Of a stretch of 64,000 nucleotides of DNA, positions 1 to 9,075 are shown piece by piece. The position numbers and the translations under genes are program-made. The notes beneath the pieces are model-generated. The model did not search any database and was not told the DNA's origin. It saw only the letters and a list, made by a program, of their open reading frames with translations. This DNA is from a virus (taxonomy: Duplodnaviria > Heunggongvirae > Uroviricota > Caudoviricetes), in IMG/VR virus record IMGVR_UViG_3300000176_000003, positions 1 to 64,000 of that record. The stretch is one strand, 5' to 3'. Every line of letters starts with the position of its first letter. Position 1 is the first letter of the stretch.

Positions 1-110
1 TGTATATGCATATGATGATGAGCATAATAAAAATGAAGCAAAAAGAAATATTATTCTATTAAATAGAGTATTAATTCCATCATTGGATTCGCAATTGAAA
101 GATATTTTGA

Positions 111-1643
111 ATGGTTAGTAATGTTAATGGACCCAAAAGTTATAGAGGTCCAGGCTCTGTAGAATCCTTTAAGATTATACTCAAAAACGTAGATAGTTCA
201 AAGTCTTACGATATTACTTCTATGGTTACTGACGTTTCTCTTTATGAAGATATCTTCAAGAAGGCTATCTATGGTGTTATTGCTATAAAAGACGGTATCA
301 ATCTTATGAATGGTATGACACAAGATAAACAAAATGGAACCTCTTCGTTTCCTATTGTAGGCGAAGAATTCATAGAGATGTCTTATACTGTAAGTGGGTT
401 TGAACAAGTTAATAGAAGATTTGCTGTTAATGCAATAAAACAAGTAACTATTGATAAGACATTAAAGTCTAGAAATTATGTAATCGATATTTGTTCCGAA
501 GAATATTTAATTGATGCTACAACTCTTGTTCAAAAAAGCTATCAAGATCAAATTAGTAATATGGTCGAAGATATTCTTAAAAAGTATCTTAAGGTAGATA
601 AAGAAATTCCTAATGCTAAACGAAAGAAAGCATATGATATTCAAGCAACAAAGGGACAACAAAATTTAGTAATTCCAAGATTAACACCATTTGAAACTTT
701 AGATTTTTTGGCTAAGCGATCTCTTGCTGAGACTGTATTCCAATCTGGAAGTTATCTGTTCTTTGAAAATAAAGATGGATTTAATTTTTGCGATATTGAA
801 TATCTAATTCGTCGCGGTAAGCAAAGATACAGTAAAGATATTACTAGATATCAATATTATTACCAAGACCCGAATCTACCAAATCCGACACATGAGGGTA
901 GTGGTGTTCAAGATGATTCTAAAACTTTTAAGACAGTCATTTCTATGGTACAAAAGCATAAGTTTGATACTATTGAGAAACTTAGACGTGGATATTTTGA
1001 AAATGATGTGTTAGTATATGACTTTGTTGCTAAGCGAGTAAAAGAAACAGTATTTAAATTTTTAGATCACTACCAAGATTTGAACACCCTTGGTGCCTCA
1101 AAGGTTGAATCTGTATCTGAAGCCTCGTATCCAGAAAACAGCATCGATTTTATCAGAACAGTAACTAAGGATGCAGAAAAACCACAAGGAATTCTTGGAT
1201 TTTTAGGTTTAACAAAAGATTTTCCGAGTACAGATAAACACACAAAACTATTCTTTATTCCTAAAGATTCTACTCAGCCCGATACATATCTAGAAACTAT
1301 CTATTCAAATAGAGCGTCTTATATGACCAGACTTGCTCAGAATATGTTTACCGTAGAAGTTATTGGCGATCCTTTGATTGCGGCTGGTGATGTTATTACA
1401 ATCAATCTACCAGAAATTATTGGTACCACAATAGATAGAAAAATTTATGACGTATTCCTATCTGGATACTTTATGGTAACTACTATTCACCATAGAATAA
1501 ACTCTGATAGTTATATGTGTACTTATGATCTATATAAGAATGGCTTTTCGAATCCAGTTATTACTACAGATAAGGGTGAAGCACCGCAGCCATCTAGCTC
1601 TGCGTTCTTAAATAATACGACACAGCTTGGAGTCAACAAATAA
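111..1643 (+). CDS. virion structural protein, possibly baseplate hub subunit (gp27-like) encoded just upstream of the gp5-like spike gene
   Basis: 510-aa ORF. Its stop overlaps the ATG of the gp5-like gene (ATAATG at 1640-1645), so the two are translationally coupled. Assignment is by position only; I cannot name a motif. Confidence 0.4.
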   Translation: MVSNVNGPKSYRGPGSVESFKIILKNVDSSKSYDITSMVTDVSLYEDIFKKAIYGVIAIKDGINLMNGMTQDKQNGTSSFPIVGEEFIEMSYTVSGFEQVNRRFAVNAIKQVTIDKTLKSRNYVIDICSEEYLIDATTLVQKSYQDQISNMVEDILKKYLKVDKEIPNAKRKKAYDIQATKGQQNLVIPRLTPFETLDFLAKRSLAETVFQSGSYLFFENKDGFNFCDIEYLIRRGKQRYSKDITRYQYYYQDPNLPNPTHEGSGVQDDSKTFKTVISMVQKHKFDTIEKLRRGYFENDVLVYDFVAKRVKETVFKFLDHYQDLNTLGASKVESVSEASYPENSIDFIRTVTKDAEKPQGILGFLGLTKDFPSTDKHTKLFFIPKDSTQPDTYLETIYSNRASYMTRLAQNMFTVEVIGDPLIAAGDVITINLPEIIGTTIDRKIYDVFLSGYFMVTTIHHRINSDSYMCTYDLYKNGFSNPVITTDKGEAPQPSSSAFLNNTTQLGVNK

Positions 1644-2578
1644 TGAATAACTTTATGGGTAAAGATGGCTTTCATTGGTTCTTTGGGAAAGTTGTTGATA
1701 GATTTGATCCATTGATGCTTGGTCGTGTTCGGGTTCGTGTTTATGGTATTCATCCTGATGATGAAACTTTAGTTCCCAATGACCATCTGCCTTGGGCAAT
1801 GCCTATTCAACCTATCAACTCGGCGGGCATCTTTGGTGTCGGCCATTCTCCTGTAGGACCGATTGAAGGAACGCAAGTATTTGGATTTTTTGCTGATGGT
1901 AAAGATTGTCAAATTCCCTTTATTCTTGGTACAGTAGCAACTGGTCTTGGGCATTTTGCATTGAATGTTATTTCTACAGCTTCTGATGCATTAAAAGCAG
2001 TAACAGATGCAACATCTCCTGTGCAGACCTTAGGACAACTCTCTAAATCCTTTGTAGTAAAGGCTGGACCAATCGGTCAAAGACTTATGGCAGACCTAAG
2101 TCTTCACGATTATCAAGCTGCCGCTATTTTGGGTAATGTTGCGCATGAATCTGGTGGAATGTTCTGTGATATTCGAGAAGGGGGTAGCCACGGTCCATGC
2201 TGGCCTATAGATACTAAATCAAAAGGTTATGGTTGGGTTCAGTGGACCAATAGTCGAATGAATGACTTTGTGCATTTTGTTAAGACGAACTTTAATGGTT
2301 ATGATATTACACAAAATGCAGCAACGGATGATCATAATTATTCGTTTCTATTATATGAATTAAAAAATACTCCTAGATATACTAAGAATCTTAAGGCTGC
2401 ATCAACCATCGAATCTGCAACCGCAGCATTTATGAATGATTTTGAAAAGCCTAAAGCGGAATACGCATTCCTTGATAGAAGAATTGGATATGCTAAGCAA
2501 GCATTAGCATCAATGAATGGTTCTGGACCACCAACCAGAGCAACAGGAAAGAATCTGGAAACAACTAAAAATGGCTAA
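1643..2578 (+). CDS. gp5-like baseplate hub/spike N-terminal protein: OB-fold domain plus GH19-like lysozyme domain
   Basis: N-terminus FHWFFGKVVDRFDPLMLGRVRVRVYGIHPDDE..LPWAMPIQP matches the T4 gp5 N-terminal OB domain (NWFVGVVEDVMDPLKLGRVRVRVHG..LPWAMV). The C-terminal half carries AHESGG...GYGWVQWT, which resembles the GH19 chitinase-class lysozyme signature (HETGG...GRGPIQLT). Confidence 0.8.
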   Translation: MNNFMGKDGFHWFFGKVVDRFDPLMLGRVRVRVYGIHPDDETLVPNDHLPWAMPIQPINSAGIFGVGHSPVGPIEGTQVFGFFADGKDCQIPFILGTVATGLGHFALNVISTASDALKAVTDATSPVQTLGQLSKSFVVKAGPIGQRLMADLSLHDYQAAAILGNVAHESGGMFCDIREGGSHGPCWPIDTKSKGYGWVQWTNSRMNDFVHFVKTNFNGYDITQNAATDDHNYSFLLYELKNTPRYTKNLKAASTIESATAAFMNDFEKPKAEYAFLDRRIGYAKQALASMNGSGPPTRATGKNLETTKNG

Positions 2579-4550
2579 TACAACAAACACAATCCCAAAT
2601 ACCTCTATTGTTTCTGTAACTGATTTTATTAGTTCGGCCGTTGTTTCTAATGATCCAACATTAACTATAATAACTAGCGGGTTACTCTCTGCTACAGATG
2701 GTTCTGTTCAAGTAGACCCAGCATTATTAAATCTCAATAATGGTATACCCGATACTTTTCTATCGCAATTCTATTCTGGTAATGCATCGGCAAACACTCT
2801 AACCTTAAATTATGACCAATTAAACAGTATAGATTCAGATCAACAAGTTGCTTCTACTGTAGTAGACCCAACAACAGTTCCTATTACGTCTACCCCATCT
2901 TCTCCTACATTGGCTAGAGCGGCTTCTAATGTTGTCACATCTATTGCTGCAACACAACCTTCAGATATTTCTGTGACTCCGGTTGGTATAGAACCACCCC
3001 TTGCCTATAAAGGGCAATATCCATATGTGCATACTCAAAAGTCGGAGTCTGGTCATATTAAAGAAATAGATGATACGCCTGGAAATGAAAGATTATTTGA
3101 TTATCACAAGTCCGGTACATATCAAGAAATTGCTGCTGATGGTCGTAGAGTAACTAAAGTAGTTGGTGATAACTATAGTATCGTTGTTCATGATGATCAT
3201 GTTTACATCGAAGGTTCTCAGGACGTTTATGTAAAAGGAAATATAAACATCACATGTCTTAACGATGTTAATATTAATGTTGGGGGCAGATTAGAAATTA
3301 ATGCAAAAGAAGATGTTCGTATTAGGGGTAGTGCAATTTATCTAGAGGCATATGATGGAGACATCAATATGTATTCTTCAGGTAATACAAATATGCATAG
3401 TACACAAGACACAAATATTTTTTCTAATGCTAATGTTCAAGTACAATCAGCAGTAGGAAGCAACTTTACAGCACAATCTTTTGATGTTAAGACTACACAA
3501 GATGTGAATTTGTATTCTGGTGCTAATGTACAGATTCAATCTACTACAGATACTAACATTAAATCTGGTGCTGGAATCTTTTCATCTTCTACACAAGATA
3601 CTAATATTAAATCTAGTGGAGCATTTGTCGTATCTGCTACGTCAGCTTCTTCAGTCAAGTCTAGCTCTACTGTAGCTTTCGATGGTTCTCACATTTCCTT
3701 AAATGAAGGAATTTCAATTACTGCTACTGATGCAAATCCCGCAGCACAAGCAATTGGTGCTACAGATGCAAAAACTTCGGGTCTATCAAACCCACCAAGT
3801 AGAGAAGGAACTGTTCCTGCTGTTACAGATTCTATTATTCAGGGAACCGATGATGACCAAGAAAACGCACAAGCGCAAATAAATGCGGCTGTGGCTTCTG
3901 GAAGAATTACTCAGGCTCAAGCTGATGCTTTAAAGAATGAGCCTTCAACTACAGGACAAACTGATACTTCTCCTGCAGCCAATATTGTTCCAACTGGCAC
4001 AACCGGCGGTATTGAAAATCTTCCAGATACATCTATTTCTGGCGATTTGAGGTTATCAAAGAATTATAGATTATCTGATCTTACTTATCCTGGTCCGGTA
4101 TTTCCTTATGCGATTATGTCTCAAGTTGCTGGTGGTTCTTTAATGAGTAAAGCCAGACTCGCTGCAAATCTAACATTGCTTGCTCAAAATGTTCTAGAAC
4201 CAATTAGTCAAAAATGGGGACCAATTCGGATCAATTCTGGATTAAGAACCGGCGCTAATATTGGTGCTGGTCAACATGGAACCGGACAAGCAGTAGATAT
4301 TACATTTGGTGCAAGATCATCTGACTACAAAACCATGTACGAAATTGCTCAATGGATCAAAGATCATATTGCATTCGATCAATTAATTCTTGAATATGGC
4401 GCATCACAAATTTGGATTCATATATCATTTGCAAGTCCTGATAGCGGATGTAAGTTTAAGGCAAATAGAAAAATGATATTGACTTGTGCGAATGCTCCAA
4501 CCGGAGACTATAAACCAGGACTTATTGAATTTGCCTGGAGTCCTAAGTAA
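2571..4550 (+). CDS. central spike protein: Thr/Ser-rich linker, beta-helical repeat region and C-terminal peptidase M15 (zinc D-Ala-D-Ala carboxypeptidase-like) domain
   Basis: The frame is open from 2517, but ATG 2571 overlaps the upstream stop (ATGGCTAA). The middle region has a repetitive beta-strand pattern (NVQVQSAVGSNF..NVQIQSTTDTNIKSG..). The C-terminus has SGLRTG..GAGQHGTGQAVDI and a later WIHISF, matching the M15 SxHxxGxAxD...H zinc-ligand pattern. Confidence 0.65.
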   Translation: MANTTNTIPNTSIVSVTDFISSAVVSNDPTLTIITSGLLSATDGSVQVDPALLNLNNGIPDTFLSQFYSGNASANTLTLNYDQLNSIDSDQQVASTVVDPTTVPITSTPSSPTLARAASNVVTSIAATQPSDISVTPVGIEPPLAYKGQYPYVHTQKSESGHIKEIDDTPGNERLFDYHKSGTYQEIAADGRRVTKVVGDNYSIVVHDDHVYIEGSQDVYVKGNINITCLNDVNINVGGRLEINAKEDVRIRGSAIYLEAYDGDINMYSSGNTNMHSTQDTNIFSNANVQVQSAVGSNFTAQSFDVKTTQDVNLYSGANVQIQSTTDTNIKSGAGIFSSSTQDTNIKSSGAFVVSATSASSVKSSSTVAFDGSHISLNEGISITATDANPAAQAIGATDAKTSGLSNPPSREGTVPAVTDSIIQGTDDDQENAQAQINAAVASGRITQAQADALKNEPSTTGQTDTSPAANIVPTGTTGGIENLPDTSISGDLRLSKNYRLSDLTYPGPVFPYAIMSQVAGGSLMSKARLAANLTLLAQNVLEPISQKWGPIRINSGLRTGANIGAGQHGTGQAVDITFGARSSDYKTMYEIAQWIKDHIAFDQLILEYGASQIWIHISFASPDSGCKFKANRKMILTCANAPTGDYKPGLIEFAWSPK

Positions 4551-4798
4551 TGCCCGGAGTAACAAGAGACAATATTGATCATTGTGGAAGCCACTTAATT
4601 CTTGGTGGTGGGCAATTCACAGTTTCTTGTGAGGGGCAATTAATAACTGTTGTAAATGATCAGTTACAGTCTTGTACTGCTATAATGTCTACTGGTTCTT
4701 CTACAATATCAATTGCTGGTAAAGCTATATGTAGAGCCGGTGATACTGCAACAGATGGTACACATGCCACAGGAAGTTCGACGGTTTCTGCCACATAA
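4550..4798 (+). CDS. PAAR-repeat spike tip protein (gp5.4-like)
   Basis: 82 aa, Gly/Thr/Ser-rich, with a PAAR-like segment KAICRAGDTATDGTHATGS. ATG overlaps the stop of the spike gene (TAATG). Confidence 0.8.
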   Translation: MPGVTRDNIDHCGSHLILGGGQFTVSCEGQLITVVNDQLQSCTAIMSTGSSTISIAGKAICRAGDTATDGTHATGSSTVSAT

Positions 4799-4924
4799 AT
4801 ATATGAAATTGTTGGGGAGAATTCATTATGAAATTGTCCTGGAAATTTGTGTGTGCTTTTTTAACAGTCTTTGTGTGGTTATCTTGGGTAATATATATTA
4901 TAATAAGTGACCTAATTTTACACT

Positions 4925-4932
4925 TATAAATA
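4925..4932 (+). promoter_or_regulatory. T4-type late promoter TATAAATA upstream of the nuclease gene
   Basis: Exact TATAAATA lies about 29 nt upstream of ATG 4961. The RBS AAGGAAA is at 4949-4955. Confidence 0.55.
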
Positions 4933-4960
4933 AAGAGTTGTTTTAATTAAGGAAATTATT

Positions 4961-5731
4961 ATGTATAAATTGTTTTTAGCATTACTGTTTGTACCATCTA
5001 TAGCTCTCGCAAATCCTATAGATGATAAGTGTCCCCAATTTTCATTTGAAGGTGCTCCAATATCTTCAATCACAAAGAATGATGATTATCTATGTAAGCA
5101 AAATTATGCTATACATTATCGAGAAGATACGAAGACCCCTGAATATGTTGTAGAACATCCAACAAAGGATGCTGTCAGTGGACCAGCAAAAAGAAAGGAC
5201 AATTTTCGTCCCGACCCAGCCATTCCAAAGGCAGGAAGTGCAACCCTTGCAGATTATTCCTCCGAAGGGTCTATCTACGACAGAGGACATATGGTGCCAG
5301 CCGGTGATAATACTCAGTCGGTTGCCATTATGTCCGAATCTTTCTTTCTCACTAACATGGTCCCGCAAGTGGGTAATAACAACCGTGGAATTTGGAAGCA
5401 GTTGGAAACTGCCGTTCGAAACTGGGTTCTAGAAGGTAAGGATGTTTATGTATCTTCTGGTTCTATATATGATGCTGGATACAAATCTATTGGTCCGGGT
5501 AAGGTAGGTGTTCCAACTCGCCTATTTAAAGTCATCTTTGATGCCACAGATAATAGGGCTATTGGATTTATTTTTCCAAATACGGCTCTTGATGTGAAAG
5601 ACCTTCCGAAGTATGCTGTATCTGTTGAAGCTGTTGAACAGGCTACCGGAATTGAGTTTGCACCAAAGCTCGCTACTGTTGCAGAAAAGACTGCTGCACC
5701 AGATTTAACTAAGTGGTCTAGTTTAAAATAA
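4961..5731 (+). CDS. secreted DNA/RNA non-specific endonuclease (NucA/Serratia nuclease family)
   Basis: N-terminal signal peptide MYKLFLALLFVPSIALA. Active-site motif DRGHMVPAGD (DRGH, beta-beta-alpha-Me nuclease). Confidence 0.8.
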   Translation: MYKLFLALLFVPSIALANPIDDKCPQFSFEGAPISSITKNDDYLCKQNYAIHYREDTKTPEYVVEHPTKDAVSGPAKRKDNFRPDPAIPKAGSATLADYSSEGSIYDRGHMVPAGDNTQSVAIMSESFFLTNMVPQVGNNNRGIWKQLETAVRNWVLEGKDVYVSSGSIYDAGYKSIGPGKVGVPTRLFKVIFDATDNRAIGFIFPNTALDVKDLPKYAVSVEAVEQATGIEFAPKLATVAEKTAAPDLTKWSSLK

Positions 5732-5753
5732 TTAATAATAACGGAGAAATAAA

Positions 5754-6014
5754 ATGGTTCTATTTGGTGTCTTTTTAGTTGTTGCTGTGCTTGCGGTCGG
5801 ATTTTTGCTAATCGATAAGCAACGCAAGAAGGAATTGCAACAAGATTTTGCATTAGAACTTCAACGCATTAGTGAAGATGTTGAAAAGTTTAAGGCTGAA
5901 GCTGAAGCTGAAGAAAAGAAGTTAGTAGAAGAAGTCGCTAAGGCTAAGCAAGCTTTAGAGACTGCGGAAGAGGTTATCGTAAGTAAGGTAAAGCGCAAGC
6001 CTGCAAAGAAGTAA
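5754..6014 (+). CDS. small membrane-anchored coiled-coil protein
   Basis: N-terminal TM helix (VLFGVFLVVAVLAVGFLLI) followed by a charged, Ala/Glu/Lys-rich helical tail. RBS GGAGAAA upstream. Confidence 0.5.
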   Translation: MVLFGVFLVVAVLAVGFLLIDKQRKKELQQDFALELQRISEDVEKFKAEAEAEEKKLVEEVAKAKQALETAEEVIVSKVKRKPAKK

Positions 6015-6194
6015 TTTATTTTGGATAAAAGAATCGCCTATACCTTTATCTTGAATAATAAGACTATGGATGTTTTGACCGAAACGGCAAATCATGCATT
6101 ATATGTCGTAGGAAATCTGTTCCCACTACCAGAAACAGGAAATTGGGAACTTTCTAAACAAGATCATACGACATATCATTGGGTCTATTGATCT

Positions 6195-6246
6195 GATTTA
6201 GAAAAATATCCTCGTCCCCTTTTGGGTATGGGGATATTTTTTTGTC
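6195..6246 (+). terminator. putative rho-independent terminator
   Basis: GC-containing dyad (atatcctcgtcccc...ggggatat) followed by a run of 8 T. Confidence 0.45.
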
Positions 6247-6265
6247 CGTTTGAAAATTTTTATGA

Positions 6266-6293
6266 TTGACATGAATTTTAAATGGCGTATGAT
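6266..6293 (+). promoter_or_regulatory. sigma70-like promoter TTGACA-N16-TATGAT
   Basis: TTGACA at 6266-6271 and TATGAT at 6288-6293, preceded by an A/T-rich stretch. This is the first of a series of similar promoters in the early block. Confidence 0.55.
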
Positions 6294-6310
6294 ATCCCTA
6301 CATTAATTAA

Positions 6311-6583
6311 TTGGAGGGAACTGTGGTCCTAATAACTGTGTTAACCATTTTCTTTGTAATCAGCCTCTACAACATTTTAAAGATTATCCAGATTTATTAT
6401 TTTGATAAGCATTTTGCTAAGCGTATTGATGCGTATTGGGATAGTGTTGAGTCGCGCATAGAGAAGGGTGAGATTATCGATTGGGATAATGAACCTCGAT
6501 TTGCGGTCCACCAATCTTTCGATAAGTTTTCGAGTTCTATGCCTTGGGACTATAACTTTGATAGGATGATTATCTATGTCTGA
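6311..6583 (+). CDS. hypothetical small membrane protein
   Basis: N-terminal TM helix (VVLITVLTIFFVISLY). Lies directly downstream of the promoter. Confidence 0.4.
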   Translation: MEGTVVLITVLTIFFVISLYNILKIIQIYYFDKHFAKRIDAYWDSVESRIEKGEIIDWDNEPRFAVHQSFDKFSSSMPWDYNFDRMIIYV

Positions 6584-7364
6584 AATGATTGATTTTGGTT
6601 CTGGCCCAGTTCCAGCACATCGACACTCTAATGGAGGTGGATGGGTTGCCGACACTGCTCTTGTCACCGCCTCCGCTTATATCTCTGGTAGTGCTTGTGT
6701 CTATGGCAATGCTCATGTCTCTGGCGATGCTAGAGTCTATGGCAATGCTAGAGTCTATGGCAATGCTAGAGTCTATGGCAATGCTAAAATCCATGGCGAT
6801 GCTAATGTCTCTGACAATGCTTATGTCTCTGGCAATGCTTGTGTCTATGGCAATGCTCATGTCTATGGCGATGCTCATGTCTATGGCGATGCTTATGTCT
6901 CTGGCAATGCTCATGTCTCTGGCAATGCTAATGTCTATGGCGATGCTAATGTCTCTGGTAGTGCTCGAGTCTATGGCGATGCTAAAATCCATGAGCATAT
7001 GTGGGTATCATTCTCACATGTAACCACTGATCTCAGTACTGATTTAGTGGCTTCACTGCGTACTCAATGCAATCTCATGTTTATGAGAGATGAAGTCATC
7101 TGCTTTAAACGTGTTAAAGCTGATCTAAGCTCTGAATACGATGATAACTTCAAGTACGTGATAGGAGAATGGGCCAAAGTCAAAGATCCGGATATGTCTA
7201 ATAAGTCATGCGCACCTGGCCTCCACTTCTCTCATGCTACCTATTATGATGTAACACCTTCTAGCAAGACCCTGATATGCAAAGTTCTAAAAGATGACAT
7301 CATTACTATTCAACAAGGCAAGATTCGAGCCAAGAAAGCTTTAGTGCTGGGAGTATGTGAGTAA
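6576..7364 (+). CDS. hexapeptide-repeat (left-handed beta-helix-like) protein, paralog 1 of 4
   Basis: About 18 tandem 6-residue repeats V[YS]G[ND]A[xx] (VYGNAHVSGDARVYGNARVYGNAR...), followed by a roughly 110-aa non-repeat C-terminal domain. Confidence 0.7.
   Translation: MSEMIDFGSGPVPAHRHSNGGGWVADTALVTASAYISGSACVYGNAHVSGDARVYGNARVYGNARVYGNAKIHGDANVSDNAYVSGNACVYGNAHVYGDAHVYGDAYVSGNAHVSGNANVYGDANVSGSARVYGDAKIHEHMWVSFSHVTTDLSTDLVASLRTQCNLMFMRDEVICFKRVKADLSSEYDDNFKYVIGEWAKVKDPDMSNKSCAPGLHFSHATYYDVTPSSKTLICKVLKDDIITIQQGKIRAKKALVLGVCE
6699..7020 (+). repeat. tandem 18-bp coding repeats (gtctatggcaatgctaga-like)
   Basis: Near-identical 18-nt units encode the hexapeptide repeats. Units recur at 6716/6734/6752/6770. 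Confidence 0.8.
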
Positions 7365-7633
7365 TGGCTAAACAATATCGACTAAGAGAAACATTCAATT
7401 ACAATAACACTGGACCTACATACTGGGTTGTAGAAGAAAAGACGCTTTTTGACTGGAAGAATGTATATGGTGACGCTTGTTCTTATAGGTATGGTGGCCG
7501 CGATTCCTTTCCGTATGATGAAGCCAAACAAAGGCTAGAAAATTGTGTCAAACAAGCAGCACTAGACGAAGAAGCCAGTACATTTAAGCCTCGTATTCTC
7601 ACTCCACCCCTACCTGAAAGTGAACCGGAATGA
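7364..7633 (+). CDS. small hypothetical protein ending in KPRILTPPLPESEPE
   Basis: 89 aa. The C-terminal motif is shared with the 55-aa ORF at 9665..9832. Confidence 0.5.
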   Translation: MAKQYRLRETFNYNNTGPTYWVVEEKTLFDWKNVYGDACSYRYGGRDSFPYDEAKQRLENCVKQAALDEEASTFKPRILTPPLPESEPE

Positions 7634-7812
7634 GTAAGAAAAATCTTCCAACTAAAGTGTATCGTGATCATGCCATTGAAGAAGTCAAACGTTTGCGGTA
7701 TTGGTTTGCTGGCTTTAAAGCCGCTGGTGGAAAACTACCACAATGTATCGAAACTTTAAACTGTTTGGTTAAAATTCAAACCCTTCTAGAAAAGGTAGAA
7801 GTATCAGAATGA
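7630..7812 (+). CDS. hypothetical protein
   Basis: 60-aa ORF, translationally coupled (ATGA). Confidence 0.4.
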   Translation: MSKKNLPTKVYRDHAIEEVKRLRYWFAGFKAAGGKLPQCIETLNCLVKIQTLLEKVEVSE

Positions 7813-7985
7813 ATAACCATTATAAAGCTTTTCTATATGCCTGTATAATTTGGATAACTATTGCTGCGCTAATAGGCTTGCTGTATATAGCATCAACACA
7901 TTTTTGGTTGCTATTAGTGCTTGTAGGTATAGGAATATTTTGGCTTACCCATACTATTATTATGGATTATCTAGATCATGGATAG
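7809..7985 (+). CDS. small hydrophobic membrane peptide (58 aa, not in ORF track)
   Basis: ATGA overlap with the upstream stop. Two predicted TM helices (CIIWITIAALIGLLYI / WLLLVLVGIGIFWL). Confidence 0.4.
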   Translation: MNNHYKAFLYACIIWITIAALIGLLYIASTHFWLLLVLVGIGIFWLTHTIIMDYLDHG

Positions 7986-8316
7986 CCTATTTCTTTTAAT
8001 CTGGTTTCATTTCCTAGCAGACTTTCCTTTTCAAGGAGAATTTCTAGCAAAGGCCAAGAATCGATATAATCCAATCAAAGGATTCAATCCACTCCTTGCT
8101 TTATTTGCACATGCATATATTCATGCTGGTGCAGTATACATTATCACAGGCAGTTCCTTACTGTCTCTAATCGAACTGATTACTCATATGTGGATAGACG
8201 ATCAGAAGTGTAAGGGAGAAATTGATTCAGAAACCGATCAATTATACCATATTGTATTGAAGGTACTTTACTTTTTATATATGATTATTTTCCATACGAA
8301 AGGAATTATCTCGTGA
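7978..8316 (+). CDS. hypothetical membrane protein
   Basis: 112-aa ORF with hydrophobic segments. Confidence 0.4.
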   Translation: MDSLFLLIWFHFLADFPFQGEFLAKAKNRYNPIKGFNPLLALFAHAYIHAGAVYIITGSSLLSLIELITHMWIDDQKCKGEIDSETDQLYHIVLKVLYFLYMIIFHTKGIIS

Positions 8317-8660
8317 ATGTAGGATATTCGCCTCTTGAAGACATTCAATATGAACTACAATACATGCTTGACCCTACGTTTCGAGTTAATGATAATTTTT
8401 CTGATTGGCTCGAATTAGTCCCTTGCGTTGTGTGTAAGAATGGTCTAACATTCTCTATGCAAGCGTCATCTAGCCATTTTTGTACACCCAAGAGCAATGA
8501 TGGCCCTTGGACGCATGTTGAGATTGGATATCCATCAGAACACCTTTATGATTTGGAATTGTATCGGGGTGATAATGAAGAGGGTGTTTTTGGTCGAGTT
8601 CCTATTGAACTTGTCACACAAATTGTTTATGCTGCTGGAGGATTGAAAGACGATGCTTAA
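8313..8660 (+). CDS. hypothetical protein (GTG start)
   Basis: 115-aa ORF overlapping the upstream stop. Confidence 0.3.
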   Translation: MNVGYSPLEDIQYELQYMLDPTFRVNDNFSDWLELVPCVVCKNGLTFSMQASSSHFCTPKSNDGPWTHVEIGYPSEHLYDLELYRGDNEEGVFGRVPIELVTQIVYAAGGLKDDA

Positions 8661-8859
8661 GAGGAATCCTATTAGTGTTCTTGATGTTTCTGATGAAATC
8701 AATAACGTCAAGGTCATTCTTATGGTAAGGAATGGTGTAAAATTGGTTTATTCGCCAAACTATCTTACGATTATGCGTCGAGATAAAATCGACAGCGTTT
8801 TTAAAAATGATAGCGAAATCCAACTTGCCGTAGACCGATTTAACGATTTGGTGGGCTGA
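8653..8859 (+). CDS. hypothetical protein
   Basis: 68-aa ORF in an operon-like tight array. Confidence 0.35.
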   Translation: MLKRNPISVLDVSDEINNVKVILMVRNGVKLVYSPNYLTIMRRDKIDSVFKNDSEIQLAVDRFNDLVG

Positions 8860-9075
8860 CATATGATAACTACTGATGTTTGTGGAAATTGTATTTATTT
8901 TAAGAAAACTACATCTCAATGTCATGGCCTTCCTCCAACGACATTTGTTTTTAAGAATAGGAATGATGATCTAATTTTTGAACAGGCTCGGCCTTATGTG
9001 TCGGCTAATGATCTCAAATGTTCACTTTTTAATTGACACCGATCTGATTCCTGATATTATTGCTATATAATAAAT

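Noticed and set aside
4713-4910. 65-aa ORF overlapping the PAAR gene 3' end
   Set aside because: It overlaps a confidently called gene in another frame, and most of it lies in AT-rich intergenic sequence before the late promoter.
6699-7020. Possible CRISPR array (short, regularly spaced direct repeats)
   Set aside because: The units are contiguous with no spacers, in-frame, and encode the VYGNAx protein repeat. The same holds at 15798, 21782 and 22462.
6570-7023. Minus-strand ORF 6570..6998 and alternate-frame ORF 6589..7023 overlapping the hexapeptide gene
   Set aside because: They are translations of the same 18-bp tandem repeat in other frames or strands (SIAIDMSIA..., MAMLMS...). Low complexity with no independent start context.
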